Positions 12,881 to 26,694 of a DNA stretch of 64,000 nt are shown in pieces. Positions within the stretch are counted from its first letter, which is position 1, and each line of letters opens with the position of its first letter. This DNA comes from Ophelia neglecta (lineage: Eukaryota): NCBI GenBank assembly GCA_965285935.1, contig OZ260663.1, positions 91,202,001 to 91,266,000 of the forward strand, written 5' to 3'. The translations under genes and the position numbers were made by a program. Under the pieces are notes generated by a model. That model did not search any database. It worked only from the letters and a program-made list of their open reading frames with translations, and was not told the origin of the DNA.

Positions 12881-15800
12881 TGTTGCCCGCGGGTCGTGTT
12901 AAACTCTTCAGCACGCCATTGGCATATTGACAAGTCGCTGCATTTGAAAGCACATGAAACTGGAAATTTTATGATTGCTTTGTCGCTGACAAGATAAGCA
13001 TTTTTGTAAAGTATGAAGTAATGTTCCAATAAATGCTAGACTAATTTTAGATTGATCAAACTCAGGCATCATTTATGAGGGAGGGCTTGACTGCAAATTA
13101 TTGTCGCGATCTTTGTCGCACGTATGCTTAAAAAATTACCGTGTATTTCTGCCTGATGTATACCAAGAGATGTGCCTATTCCGTGGAAGAATATTAGAAT
13201 ATGGAATTCATGAGAAACAGATACACCCAATCATCTTGCCCATGTTGGCTGTTAAAATAAAATTCGTGTAAACTGGCCCTTGATCAAAAAGGCGTCCCGC
13301 ACAGAGGAGTCGAGTAAAAATGCATTAAAACATATATTACCGTATGACAGAATCAGCTTAATACATTTTGCCCTGAGCCATTGATCGATTGATGCTGAAA
13401 TTAGCGAATCCCCTCCTAAAATGTGTTTTCGTCATATGCGGCCGCCTGAGAGTAGGCTTGCTGCTTTTTGGCGATTGGATGTTAAGTTGGTGAGGAAATA
13501 TTCACAACTGTGCAATATAGTTCCATCCATTCACCAATTTAGTGTTAAGTGTTACCACTGATGGGACCGACGCTTTCAAATTATTGAAACAAATACGTAC
13601 AGCCATTCAATGTTTGCCACCTATGAGACAAAAATTCAGTTCGGGTGTTATATCTTTATGGGCCAGCTTAAGTCTGTGGCTTTCTGAACTAAGTGTAAAG
13701 TGTCTGTCTCAATGGAATTAGCACATAATACGAGTTTTTTTGCCTTTCGTGTAGTGTTATAAATATACTGGTTACGTGGAAACGTCAGGTTTTCTTTCTA
13801 GAACGTCCTGGAAGTTCAGTCCTGGTCGCCCCCTCTTAAATCCTTCTTCCGATAGCTTGGCTTCAATCAAAGTTTTAAATGAAACAGGCATCTGAACTGC
13901 CACTGATTCTTCTCTCTGGACGCTGTAGCCATTTTTACTTTTGTCTTCCATTCTCCTTTACTTAGTACTGTACCAGCATAGTATTTACGTTTTCCTGTAG
14001 CCCATATTCAACAAAAGTGATAAACCCTATCGTTATCGGGAAGGTTCTACAACACTTGATTGTAGTATTCAGTGAGTAAAGGAGGCAAATGTTCCTATTG
14101 CTGTAAAAGAATATGATATCATGGTATTCACGCGTTAGAGTTATTTTAAATCATATGGCCTGTATATTAATTCCTGTTAAATTGAGGACCGTGTGAACAG
14201 CTCGTTTAGCCGGAACTAATCCGCAGCTAGTGGTCAACCCTTCAAGCTGGCAGATATGAGATAAATCACCCCTTGGTGAGCGGAGTTCTAAATAGTCACT
14301 GTCATGCTATCATGTGGGCCATTATTCAGCCGGTTATAGAAGATACATATAACATTACGACCCCATTAATAATGTATCAACTATTAACTCATAATTTTTT
14401 TTTCATTCTGCAAAATGCGTACGTCAAAATGTTCATTCATATAGATGTGAGGAATTTTAAATTATATCTAAATATTATAGTAAATGTAAGTATATTTGGA
14501 CCTTTTGAAGCATTGTAATTACCCATCCTTATAAAGTGGAAGCCCTAGAAAACAGTCAATCTGAAAATTGAAAGTACCAGCCTAATCACGTCAAGGATTG
14601 GACTGTACGAGTGGGGTAATAAACGTGAGTCAATTATTTTTATTTAAAATATGTTCAAAATGTCCACTTTTACAACCTGGATGTTAGCGCAGAAATTAAT
14701 GACAAATTTTCAATGTATCTACGCGTTCATGTCGGAGACAGTATCACAGACCGCTGAGAATAACCACAGCTGTACTTGTCCATCTGTGGCCCACTCTGCC
14801 TAATCGAATGGAAGCTGGTATATGCATTGAATTTGGGAGGCATGGTCCAATAATCCTTTGGGATAGGACTTTTGGACTAAATTAGGTCGTCTGGCATCAG
14901 ATCTTCTTCTAGTTTATAATGTAAACCCTGCCTTGAGCGGCTGCTGTCGCTTATCTCTCGTCCTCCAGTGTTTTCAATACGTGCTGATGCGAAAATTACC
15001 CCTGACCTAGTAAGGAGACCGATTTCTACTCTTGAGACTTCCAGTAAATGGCCAATAGAGGGCAGTCTTAATAGGCCTTTACTTCTCATTCTACGTTTCA
15101 TTGATAGTATGTAGTCTGCATTTAATTTCATTTAATACCTGAGGCAGACAGTTTTTGACACGAAAGAGTGGAATCACAATTAATAGAGTGTTATTTCAAA
15201 AATAGCCAGACAGCAAACATGTTTGGAATTGCATATTCAATTTCCTCCTATGTTCATGTTAATTTGGCCACTCTGGTCTTACTATTAATATTTACAGCGA
15301 TGTGTTGTGGGTAACAATATGCACAATATAATCTGAGGTTATATAGTAGTAAATGACGGTTTGCCTTGACTCTTGTTAACATTAAGAAGATGTAGTAACT
15401 GAAAGCACAAACACTCTGGGAACAGTATACCGCCCTTTTTCTGCGGGTCCCTATGTAAGGGAAAATTGCAAAAAAAAAGTGGATTCACACTCCTGATAAG
15501 CAAGAAAAATAAACTCTTTTAGTTTGTGCGTCAAACATTGGAAATGATTAATCCGAAGAGCATGACCGTTTATGAATTCACACGGCTAGATTTTTGAAAC
15601 TCATCCATGTTCCTTTCTTATCTCAAATAGAAACGTAACTCTGTTGATGTCAAAAATTGAAATTGGTAGTAAGTAAACGGACAGTCATCGTTAGAAAGCC
15701 GTTTTGAAGTTTCGAGGGAGAAAATGGCAGTTTCATGGGTTCCATGTTTTCTGCACTAGCGTGCCTCCAAAAAGTCCACCAAAATGAAGCAGCACTTAAA

Positions 15801-17815
15801 GTTTATTGAAAGTTCCGTGTTTTAGGAATTGACTACAATTGATGTTGCGTGACCGAACTCTTATCTCCAATGAGCATCATTTGCTGCGGCGTTTTCATTG
15901 GGTAACTTATAAACAAGTTTCATCGACGGTTACTTATCACGCCTAGCGATCGTAGATTGCGCTATATGTATACTGATGGCAGCACTGCACCACCAGTTAG
16001 TGTTGTATTGTGTTGGGCAGTGTTTTGATTATGGAGCCTTTGATAGCACTGGCTGACATGAGAGTGAGGAGATGACGGAGAAAGGGGGGAGAGGTAGGAG
16101 ACAATGCAGGGGGCAGGTCCATGGTTTGGAGGGGGAGGAAGGGGAGAGAGGAGGTTGAGTTCATCCAAGTGTTATGGTCATAGTTTTAGCTACTCTTCCG
16201 GCTTATAGTCAACCCATTGCTTGTGCTTGAGCTTATGTTATGCATTGTATATGATTTACAAGACAATCGATAAACAAATTGAAGTGAATTGAATTTGTAA
16301 AATGTTTAACATTATTATAAACTCTACAATATAACAGATGTGATACTGTAACGGATACTTTAGGTGTTGATAATACTGGCGGTCATGGAGAGCAAAAACT
16401 TCATAATAACTTTTCTTTTTTTCGGCTAAGGAATGACATGCTACTAGAATGAATTTTGAAATATAGTAGGATCTATATTAACTGTCTTTAGTACTCCATC
16501 AACAGCAAACAGTGTGAGGTCAGCTACTCAGTGGCATTGACGGATATATATCTCACTGCTTTTATGAAAGCGTTTATTTTATCAGCTCGAGATTCTCACT
16601 CTATCGAATGTATGAAAATAAACTATGCTTTTGCTGGCAAGTTTGTAAGTCCGTATTTTATGGCAGAATTAGATAAATAAGACGAGAATAAATAATTTGT
16701 TTTGCTGTCTCCATGGCACACTTGATTTTAAGAAGATGTACACAGTTAAAGGACTGTATATGGTGTAGCAACTTCACTATGTTTTGTTTATATTTTTTAC
16801 AAGTTACGTATTTTCAATAGTTTTGATTTGAAAAATGTGACACACAATGCTGCATTATTACTTTTACTTTTACTTTAATACTTGGGTGGGTGGTATTGCA
16901 CGATGGTTTGTGTCCTTGTAGAAACCAAACACACGGCTCTAAGCTTTGCATTTGCTCCATCTTCACTACAATCGATGGAAAACATAAAGAAGAAACGCGG
17001 CCCTTATACGAATTGAAAACAGGAAATACGGCCTCATGAACGTATAAATAGAACTGGCTTGGTTTAGCCACGCGCTAACACGGAACTTGCAGTGATTTGT
17101 CTTTTTATCATGAAATTCTAGTTGTAAAAACTTATAACATGATTCTAAAGTCTAAAAATAATCCTCTAGCTCCTTTTAGCAAGTTTTGCTGCCATTTTAT
17201 GCGTCGTGTAATCAATACAAGGCCATTTGTAAAAAGCAGTAAATACATGATAATACTTTTTTCTTAAGATAATACAACCCCATTTAGCTTTTTCAGCTTA
17301 GGCTTAGGCTGGGAGCTGAGGAATGATGTAATGTGTGTGGGCGTGTGGCTGCTGGTTTCTGATGTAATCGGACCAATTTAACCGACTATTCCTGATTGAT
17401 GACTTTTCTTCGTAGGCTGGATATCCACTTCCGTTTTTGTATGTCAAGACACCATTTTGATTCAAGAATGTGAGTTTCTGTCAAATTATTTGATCATGAG
17501 AGTGATTCAATTTGCTCCGATTTTTACCTGTAGTTGCAAATAATGTTATTGCTATGAGCATGTTTAGTATAAAGAGTAGTGTCATCAGTTACCTTGCACA
17601 GGCTGTCCAATATGTATTCCGGCCGACAACAAAGAAGTAAATAAAGGCGATGGAAGAGGTATTACAATTATAATGGATTGACAAGAATAGGAAAATTAAT
17701 TATTTTGAATACATTAAGCTAATGAAATTCGCATTTACAACGATCAATATCCATTTCACAAACAATACATCTCGTGTAATGAAATTTCAGACACAGAATT
17801 TAAATAGATATATCA

Positions 17816-20800
17816 CTTGCAATGAGAAGTAGTTAACAATTGCCATGATGCGATTGCTAGCACAAACAGTTGAGGCAGTAGTCAGCATGACTGAGACGAA
17901 ACTCCTAATGGAGAGTCTTTGAATGACTCAGCTCTCCCATAATTGTAAAAAAGCGGCACTAACATTCGCAATCGTAATCTGTGAAGCAAAACGTTAGTTC
18001 CAGTTTTGATGTATTTATTTTCCGAGCCCTGTTTTATGTGTGCCAGTAAGATCGTAGTGTATGCATTGCCAATGCGAAAACAAGAATCAGCGCTGCTAAC
18101 TAGTGTACACTTTCAGGTTGTCCTGCTTCCATCAGCATTTCGACTTGACATAAATCAAGTATGACATTGCAAAAAAGGACTATCGATATTGCAGGCAAAC
18201 AAATAATTCTTTTTTAATTATTCATATTCTATTTACATATTCTCAATCTAACGGCATTTTACTTCTTATAGGTATACATTGGATGCCAAGTTGACAAAAT
18301 AGACCGGTGTGATAAATATTTCGTAATTTCTTCATAAAATAAGGAATATTTCAAAAAAAAAGTAGTAACGTAGATTTCTGTTATAGAAAGAATTGTTAGA
18401 GTGTTTACCAGGCCGACAACGCATATTCCGTAATCAAGAAGTATCTACCAAGTCGATTTTAATTAATCAGGAATAACCAACAGTATACCCCCAAACATCA
18501 ATCCTCAGCTGGTCTACTATTGAAATATTCCTGCAACGAAAGCCACATAAAAATGGATATTACTTGCAACTAAAATTCGACGCTTTTATGAATCGGCGCG
18601 CAACAGAAACGAGTCAGTTATCAACAAAGTCGATGAAATCGCTCCTATTTATATGAATAATTATACTCTCTCATGGTGGAGCGAATACAGAAAGAATTGT
18701 TCAGATAAGAACAGGACCAACAAAAGAATGTAAGAGGCCACCTATAATAAAGAGGAAAAAGGTATAATTTGATCGAATAATACCCAACTTTTAAACATGA
18801 AAAGGGAACATGTCCAGATTAGTTGTGGTTGAATACCTGGTAGAAATGTCATTGTAGAAGTGGAGTCCGTCCAAAGAATACGCCTTACTTTCGATAGAGC
18901 AGGGGCGCTCTTCGTGCGTTTATTCCGAAGGCTGCAGGCATATCACGTTAACCGATATCAGAGGTAATTTTTCATTGTAATATCCGATGTGTTGGTAGTT
19001 GTTATTTTTGGGAGTTACTGATGAAAGCCGACATAATCAATTGATAGGTCTGGATCCATGCTTTTATATCGTCTGCCGTATATCTACAGAGTTGAATTAG
19101 TGTGTATTGGCAACTGAGTTTTCACGTCAAATATGTTGACAATAATGTCAGCTTACCCCTGCGATCAGCACCATTTAACAGTTATCTTGCAATGAGAAGT
19201 AGTTAACAATTGTCATGATGCGATTGCTAGCACAAACAGATGAGGCAGTAGTCAGCATGACAGAGACGAAACTACCTAATGGATAGTCTTTGAATGACTC
19301 AGCGCTCTCATATTTGTTAAAAAAGCGGCACTAACATTCGCAATCGTAATCTGTGAAGCAAAACGTTAGTTCCAGTTTTGATGTATTTATTTTCCGAGCC
19401 CTGTTTTATGTGTGCCAGTAAGATCGTAGTGTATGCATTGCCAATGCGAAAACAAGAATCAGCGTTGCTAACTAGTGTACACTTTCAGGTTGTCCTGCTT
19501 CCATCAGCATTTCGACTTGACATAAATCAAGTATTACATTGCAAAAAAGGACTATCGATATGTCAGGCAAACAAATAATTCTTTTTTAATTATTCATATT
19601 CTATTTACATATTCTCAACCTAACGGCATTTTAATTCTTATAGGTATACATTGGATGCCAAGTTGATAAAATAGACCGGTGTGATAAATATTTCGTAATT
19701 TCTTCATAAAATAAGGAATAATTCAAAAAAAAAGTAGTGACGTAGATTTCTGTTATAGAAAGAATTGTTAGAGTGTTTACCAGGCCCAAAACGCATATTC
19801 CGTAATCAAGAAGTTTCTACCAAGTCGGTTTTAATTAATCATGAATAACCAACAGTATACCCCCAAACATCAATTCTCAGCTGGTCTACTATTGAAATAT
19901 GCCTGCAACGAAAGCCACATAAAAATGGATATTACTTGCAACTAGGATTCGACGCTTTTATGATTCGGCGCGCAAAAAAAAAACGAGTCAGTTATCAACA
20001 AAGACGATGAAATCGCTCCTATTTATATGAAGAATTATACTCTCTCATAGTTGAGCGAATATACAGAAAGAATTGTTCAGATTAGAACAGGACCAACAAA
20101 AGAATGTAAGAGGCCACCTATAATAAAGAGGAAAAAGGTATAATTTGATCGAATAATACCCAACTTTTAAACATCAAAAAGGGAACATGTCCAGATTAGT
20201 TGTGGCTGAACACCTGGTGGAAATGTCATTGTAGAAGTAGAGTCCGTCCAAAGAATACACCTTACTTTCGACAGAGCAGGGGCGCTCCTCGTGCGTTTAT
20301 TCCGAAGGCTGCAGGCATATCACGTCAACCGATATCAGAGGTAATTTTTCATTGTAATATCCGATGTGTTGGTAGTTGTTATTTTTGGGAGTTACTGACG
20401 AAAGCCGACATAATCAATTGATAGTTCTGGATCCATGCTTTTATATCGTCTGCCGTGTATCTACAGGGTTGAATTAGTGTGTATTGGCAACTGAGTTTTC
20501 ACGTCAAATATGTTGACAATAATGTCAGCTTACCCCTGCGATCAGCACCATTTAACAGTTATCTTGCAATGAGAAGTAGTTAACAATTGTCATGATGCGA
20601 TTGCTAGCACAAACAGATGAGGCAGTAGTCAGCATGACAGAGACGAAACTACCTAATGGATAGTCTTTGAATGACTCAGCTCTCTCATATTTGTTAAAAA
20701 AGCGGCACTAACATTCGCAATCGTAATCTGTGAAGCAAAACGTTAGTTCCAGTTTTGATGTATTTATTTTCCGAGCCCTGTTTTATGTGTGCCAGTAAGA

Positions 20801-23282
20801 TCGTAGTGTATGCATTGCCAATGCGAAAACAAGAATCAGCGTTGCTAACTAGTGTACACTTTCAGGTTGTCCTGCTTCCATCAGCATTTCGACTTGACAA
20901 AAATCAAGTATGACATTGCAAAAAAGGACTATCGATATTGCAGGCAAACAAATAATTCTTTTTTAATTATTCATATTCTATTTACATATTCTCAACCTAA
21001 CGGCATTTTACTTCTTACAGATATACATTGGATGCCAAGTTGACAAAATAGACCGGTGTGATAAATATTTCGTAATTTCTTCATAAAATAAGGAATAATT
21101 CAAAAAAAAAGTAGTGACGTAGATTTCTGTTATAGAAAGAATTGTTAGAGTGTTTACCAGGCCCAAAACGCATATTCCGTAATCAAGAAGTTTCTACCAA
21201 GTCGGTTTTAATTAATCATGAATAACCAACAGTATACCCCCAAACATCAATTCTCAGCTGGTCTACTATTGAAATATGCCTGCAACGAAAGCCACATAAA
21301 AATGGATATTACTTGCAACTAGGATTCGACGCTTTTATGATTCGGCGCGCAAAAAAAAAACGAGTCAGTTATCAACAAAGACGATGAAATCGCTCCTATT
21401 TATATGAAGAATTATACTCTCTCATAGTTGAGCGAATATACAGAAAGAATTGTTCAGATTAGAACAGGACCAACAAAAGAATGTAAGAGGCCACCTATAA
21501 TAAAGAGGAAAAAGGTATAATTTGATCGAATAATACCCAACTTTTAAACATCAAAAAGGGAACATGTCCAGATTAGTTGTGGCTGAACACCTGGTGGAAA
21601 TGTCATTGTAGAAGTAGAGTCCGTCCAAAGAATACACCTTACTTTCGACAGAGCAGGGGCGCTCCTCGTGCGTTTATTCCGAAGGCTGCAGGCATATCAC
21701 GTCAACCGATATCAGAGGTAATTTTTCATTGTAATATCCGATGTGTTGGTAGTTGTTATTTTTGGGAGTTACTGACGAAAGCCGACATAATCAATTGATA
21801 GTTCTGGATCCATGCTTTTATATCGTCTGCCGTGTATCTACAGGGTTGAATTAGTGTGTATTGGCAACTGAGTTTTCACGTCAAATATGTTGACAATAAT
21901 GTCAGCTTACCCCTGCGATCAGCACCATTTAACAGTTATCTTGCAATGAGAAGTAGTTAACAATTGTCATGATGCGATTGCTAGCACAAACAGATGAGGC
22001 AGTAGTCAGCATGACAGAGACGAAACTACCTAATGGATAGTCTTTGAATGACTCAGCTCTCTCATATTTGTTAAAAAAGCGGCACTAACATTCGCAATCG
22101 TAATCTGTGAAGCAAAACGTTAGTTCCAGTTTTGATGTATTTATTTTCCGAGCCCTGTTTTATGTGTGCCAGTAAGATCGTAGTGTATGCATTGCCAATA
22201 CGAAAACAAGAATCAGCGTTGCTAACTAGTGTACACTTTCAGGTTGTCCTGCTTCCATCAGCATTTCGACTTGACAAAAATCAAGTATGACATTGCAAAA
22301 AAGGACTATCGATATTGCAGGCAAACAAATAATTCTTTTTTAATTATTCATATTCTATTTACATATTCTCAACCTAACGGCATTTTACTTCTTATAGGTA
22401 TACATTGGATGCCAAGTTGACAAAATAGACCGGTGTGATAAATATTCCGTAATTTCTTCATAAAATAAGGAATATTTCAAAAAAAAAGTAGTAACGTAGA
22501 TTTCTGTTATAGAAAGAATTGTTAGAGTGGTTCCCAGGCCGACAACGCATAGTCCGTAATCAAGAGGTATCTACCAAGTCGGTTTTAATTAATCAGAAAT
22601 AACCAACAGTATACCCCCAAACATCAATCCTCAGCTGGTCTGCTATTGAAATATGCCTGCAACGAAAGCCACATAAAAATGGATATTACTTGCAACTAGG
22701 ATTCGACGCTTTTATGAATCTGCGCGCAAAAAAACGAGTCAGTTATCAACAAAGACGATTAAATCGCTCCTATTTATATAAAGAATTATACTCTCTCATA
22801 GTTGAGCGAATACAGAAAGAATTGTTCAGATAAGAACAGGACCAACAAAAGAATGTAAGAGGCCACCTATGATCGAATAATACCCAACTTTTAAACATGT
22901 AAAGGGAACATGTCCAGATTAGTTGTGGCGGAACACCTGGTGGAAATGTCATTGTAGAAGTGGAGTCCGTCCAAAGAATACACCTTACTTTCGACAGAGC
23001 AGGGGCGCTCCTCGTGCGTTTATTCCGAAGGCTGCAGGCATATCAAGTTAACCGATATCAGAGCTAATTTTTCATTGTAATATCCGATGTGTTGGTAGTT
23101 GTTATTTTTGGGAGTTACTGATGAAAGCCGAAATAATCAATTGATAGGTCTGGATCCATGCTTTTATATCGTCCGCCGTATATATACAGAGTTGAATTGG
23201 TGTGTATTGGCAACTGAGTATTCACATCAAATATGTTGACAATAATGTCAGCTTACCCCTGCGATCAGCACAATTTAACAGT
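17816..23282. repeat. Tandem array of four ~1.37 kb units (starts 17816, 19186, 20563, 21940)
   Basis: CTTGCAATGAGAAGTAGTTAACAATTG recurs at spacings 1370/1377/1377; identical 73-aa ORFs at 20200 and 21577. Confidence 0.98.
17900..18660 (-). pseudogene. Putative decayed intronless 7TM/GPCR-like pseudogene in the repeat unit (copy 1; repeated in all four units)
   Basis: Collinear TM-like fragments across frameshifts and stops, e.g. YGICVVGLVNTLTILSITE, IICLPAISIVLFCNVIL, LAALILVFALA, MLVPLFYNY. Confidence 0.4.
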
Positions 23283-26200
23283 CAACCGAAATGCCCGGCC
23301 CTTTGTGAATTCTTATTCGTGACAGTCATTAGCGCAGATAATAAGAATAATGCTAACATGCCTCACACCTCGAGTCTTTCTTGGCCACAGGCTCTTCTAG
23401 GACATCAATTATTTATCTCGAAGAGTGCCATTATTTTCAAACATGTTTTCTGTTGAACATATTTGCCCTTAGACTTATTTGAGGAAGACTTCAGTATATA
23501 CTCTAGCTAATAAAGTTAATCATCATAAGATCTGCTCTTTTATTACAATATGTGCGATTATATTCAACCACAAGTAGATAATTATCGATTATAACATGAG
23601 GCATATAATATCCCAAAATGCACAAAAATGATCAATTTTTTAAAATGCTATTCGTTTTATAACTTATAATGTATGTCTATGCTAATAGAAACCACAATGA
23701 AGCTATAGCGCAGTTCACGGAAGGCCTCTGATACCCTAATATTTATGTCCACTTGAAGTGTCAATGTTATCTTAAACCATATATATTAAATTAAACAATT
23801 TCTGTGCCTTACTAATTGGCGTCAGAGGTCACAATTAGTAAATATTAATATCTATGGCATGCTTGTGCGTTTATCTCACCTGTCTAGAGAAGTTACAAGA
23901 TATTAATGTGTTTAGCGTCGGATGTTGAGTGGCTAACAGATGAACTTGACTAAAATACCTCCCACTGTCGAGTGGACTTCATGGCATATGCTTATTGCTT
24001 CTACAGTGTACCGGGGTAGCTCAATCTTGCAAGTGTACTACATCTAGGAGTACATAGGATTTCACATATTAATATAGAACGGCCAGCGTCGATTAATAGC
24101 AAGGCCTACATTTAACTTGCGCTAAGCGCACAGTATCATTGAAACTGTAGCCATGGTAGAACTCAACACTATCACTCTACGAGGTAAATTCAGACCCAAC
24201 TGCAGCACATGATGATTGTACAGAGCGCTTTCATGGCCACGGATTATATACTAACAATTCACATCTAGTTAGGATGATACATGTATCAGGATAATATGGA
24301 TGGTTTATATGCTATTATATTACCGTTGTGCATGGTCAAGTGAGATTGAGCAGCAGATGTTCTTTAGAGTATCATTACGTCTGAAGTATCTGAATTTTCT
24401 GGAAATTCATCCTACGGAATAACCATATGGTATGCAACATAATTGTTATATTGAGGTATTAATAAACAAATATAGACCTTTACAAGTCTCAATCTGAAGC
24501 AGATATTCCATTGGGAATTATTCTTGCTGTCAGCAATCACGTGCAATTTAATAGGTACTTTTATATTAATAGATCAATTAGTAAGTTAGTTAAACAAAAT
24601 ACCAGTAGCGGTGATTATAAGTTTTTATGATGATATACAGGTGCTAAAAAAGGCAAAGTAATACAGACCGGTCCTTGTGGTACGACTCGGCCGGCACAAG
24701 GAAGGCCGCCAAGCAAATACAATTCAGCTTTAATTAACATCCAAATAAGTTACCAATTACCGGTTTAACAAGAATTTTTGATAATCCAGGTGTTGGAGGC
24801 TCTGTTTTTCACCTTTATCATACTTTTTTGACGTAGGTTGGGTGATGTAGGTGTGTCCAATAACGAGCAAAACTTCCTCACCTTCTTGATAGAGCAAAGT
24901 ATGGAGGATATTGAATACATTTAGCCTTTTGGGAATTCACTACAAAATCGTTTACTCATTATGTGGTGTTTTTCTTGAAACAAATGGTATAAAATCTATA
25001 GTCTCAAAGAAATGTGATATCTTGCACTATCCTACTGCATTTTTCATCAGCTTTCCGCCTGGGCAACTGAATGGATTTTGTCGTAATATCGGTCACATCA
25101 CGAAAATATGTTTACTTCTTTATTCAAAAAATATAATTTCTAAGCATTTATTATTAATCCCATAATTTTACATAACTTTGGAAATGAAGATAGATGTGTG
25201 AAGGGGTGCGAATACTTGTTCCGGCTTTATTTAGTCCTATTAAGTGAACAGTTTTATTTCAGCATCTCTGATCCCGTGGAGTGACTGATGAGCGTAACTC
25301 GCTAGACGAGGCTTGGCTATTAATCGCCGAAATCATTAAGATTCCTGGCTGTCACATTTTGACAATAATAGACCATTTGGAAGATTGCCAGGCTATTTAC
25401 TCGAGGTCATGCATGTTATGATGATAAAACGGCGTCCGGTTACCCGAATGAAACGGTATTTCTGCTCCTTCCAAACCCCTCTTTTTGTTAACACTAAAAC
25501 CTTGTGCTATAACAAGGTTCGTTCTACACAAAATTCATTTGTTCAGGCTGTTTCTGCATTTAAAGCCAGCTCATTAGTTCACATAAAACAATTAGCCAAC
25601 TTAATATTATGTGGATTTGCCCTGGTCATGCTTTCTCTGAATAAGGCAAGACACCTATAAAGGCTGTGTCTATCGATGTGGCAAGGTTCATATTTCATCA
25701 AGAACAGACGCTGTGTTGTCAATGACAACAGAGGAATCCATAATAAAAAATTATCATAACAAAGCTATGCAATCTCCGGTTATAAAGGGGTACTTTACAA
25801 GAGATTACGGTGCAGAGACCGACTAATGACATTGGCCTCAGTTGGAATAACATATGGCATTTTATTTCATATGTACATATATACAAATATATCTCATTAG
25901 AAACCAGGTCAGTACATTGTGTACAACGAAAGCAAATAAACGTTGTGTGTAATAATTGTAGACTATAATGAATACGAGGACGGCGGGTTTATTTAATTTT
26001 CAACATTATTTCCCCGTTGGTTCCTGGACATGTCAGGCAGCTTGCCATCTGCACAATTTACTGCCATCGATACCAAATTAAAGGTAATAAAGTAAAGTGT
26101 GCTATGTCGGTGTCCACAAGGGCTGTTTTCAGTGGCAGATGACGCCTCCTGCGCCAAAAATATGAGTGCGCTCGGAGTGGTGTGACTGATGCTCTGGCTA

Positions 26201-26694
26201 CCCGAACTAAGTCGGTTTGTAATAGCATTAGTGAGCTCCAGTCGCTGAATCGGCAAGGGAATGCAAACACTGGGCATATTCGAACGTAGTTTCTACATAA
26301 GGTGTCTATTTGTAATAGGTAGAGGACAACCATCAAGTTGTGGTGAATTTGTTGGCGTCAGAAAGGTTCAGCGGCTCAACAAATGTGTCTGGAATACAAA
26401 TAGTGAATAGGATATATACGTGCAAACAACTTCTGGATATTCTCCATTAGGTATTACAATGGATTTTCTTTAGAATAATCATATTTAAATGTAACGTTGA
26501 TGAGGAATATTAGCTTGTGTTGTTGGTTATTTGTTTCATTGGTTATATGTCATACGTTGCATTGTTTCACACATATTTCTTTTTCACAGGTACTCTATGG
26601 CCCAATTAGCTTTGTTAGTCTGCATTTTATACTTCTGCGGTGAATTATTAAATTGACTGTTGATCGTGTTTCTGTGACTGATAGTCACAGCACA

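Noticed and set aside
20200-22420. Repeated plus-strand ORFs (73 and 63 aa) in the array
   Set aside because: Non-ATG starts, no motifs, not consistently preserved across copies; by-products of the repeat
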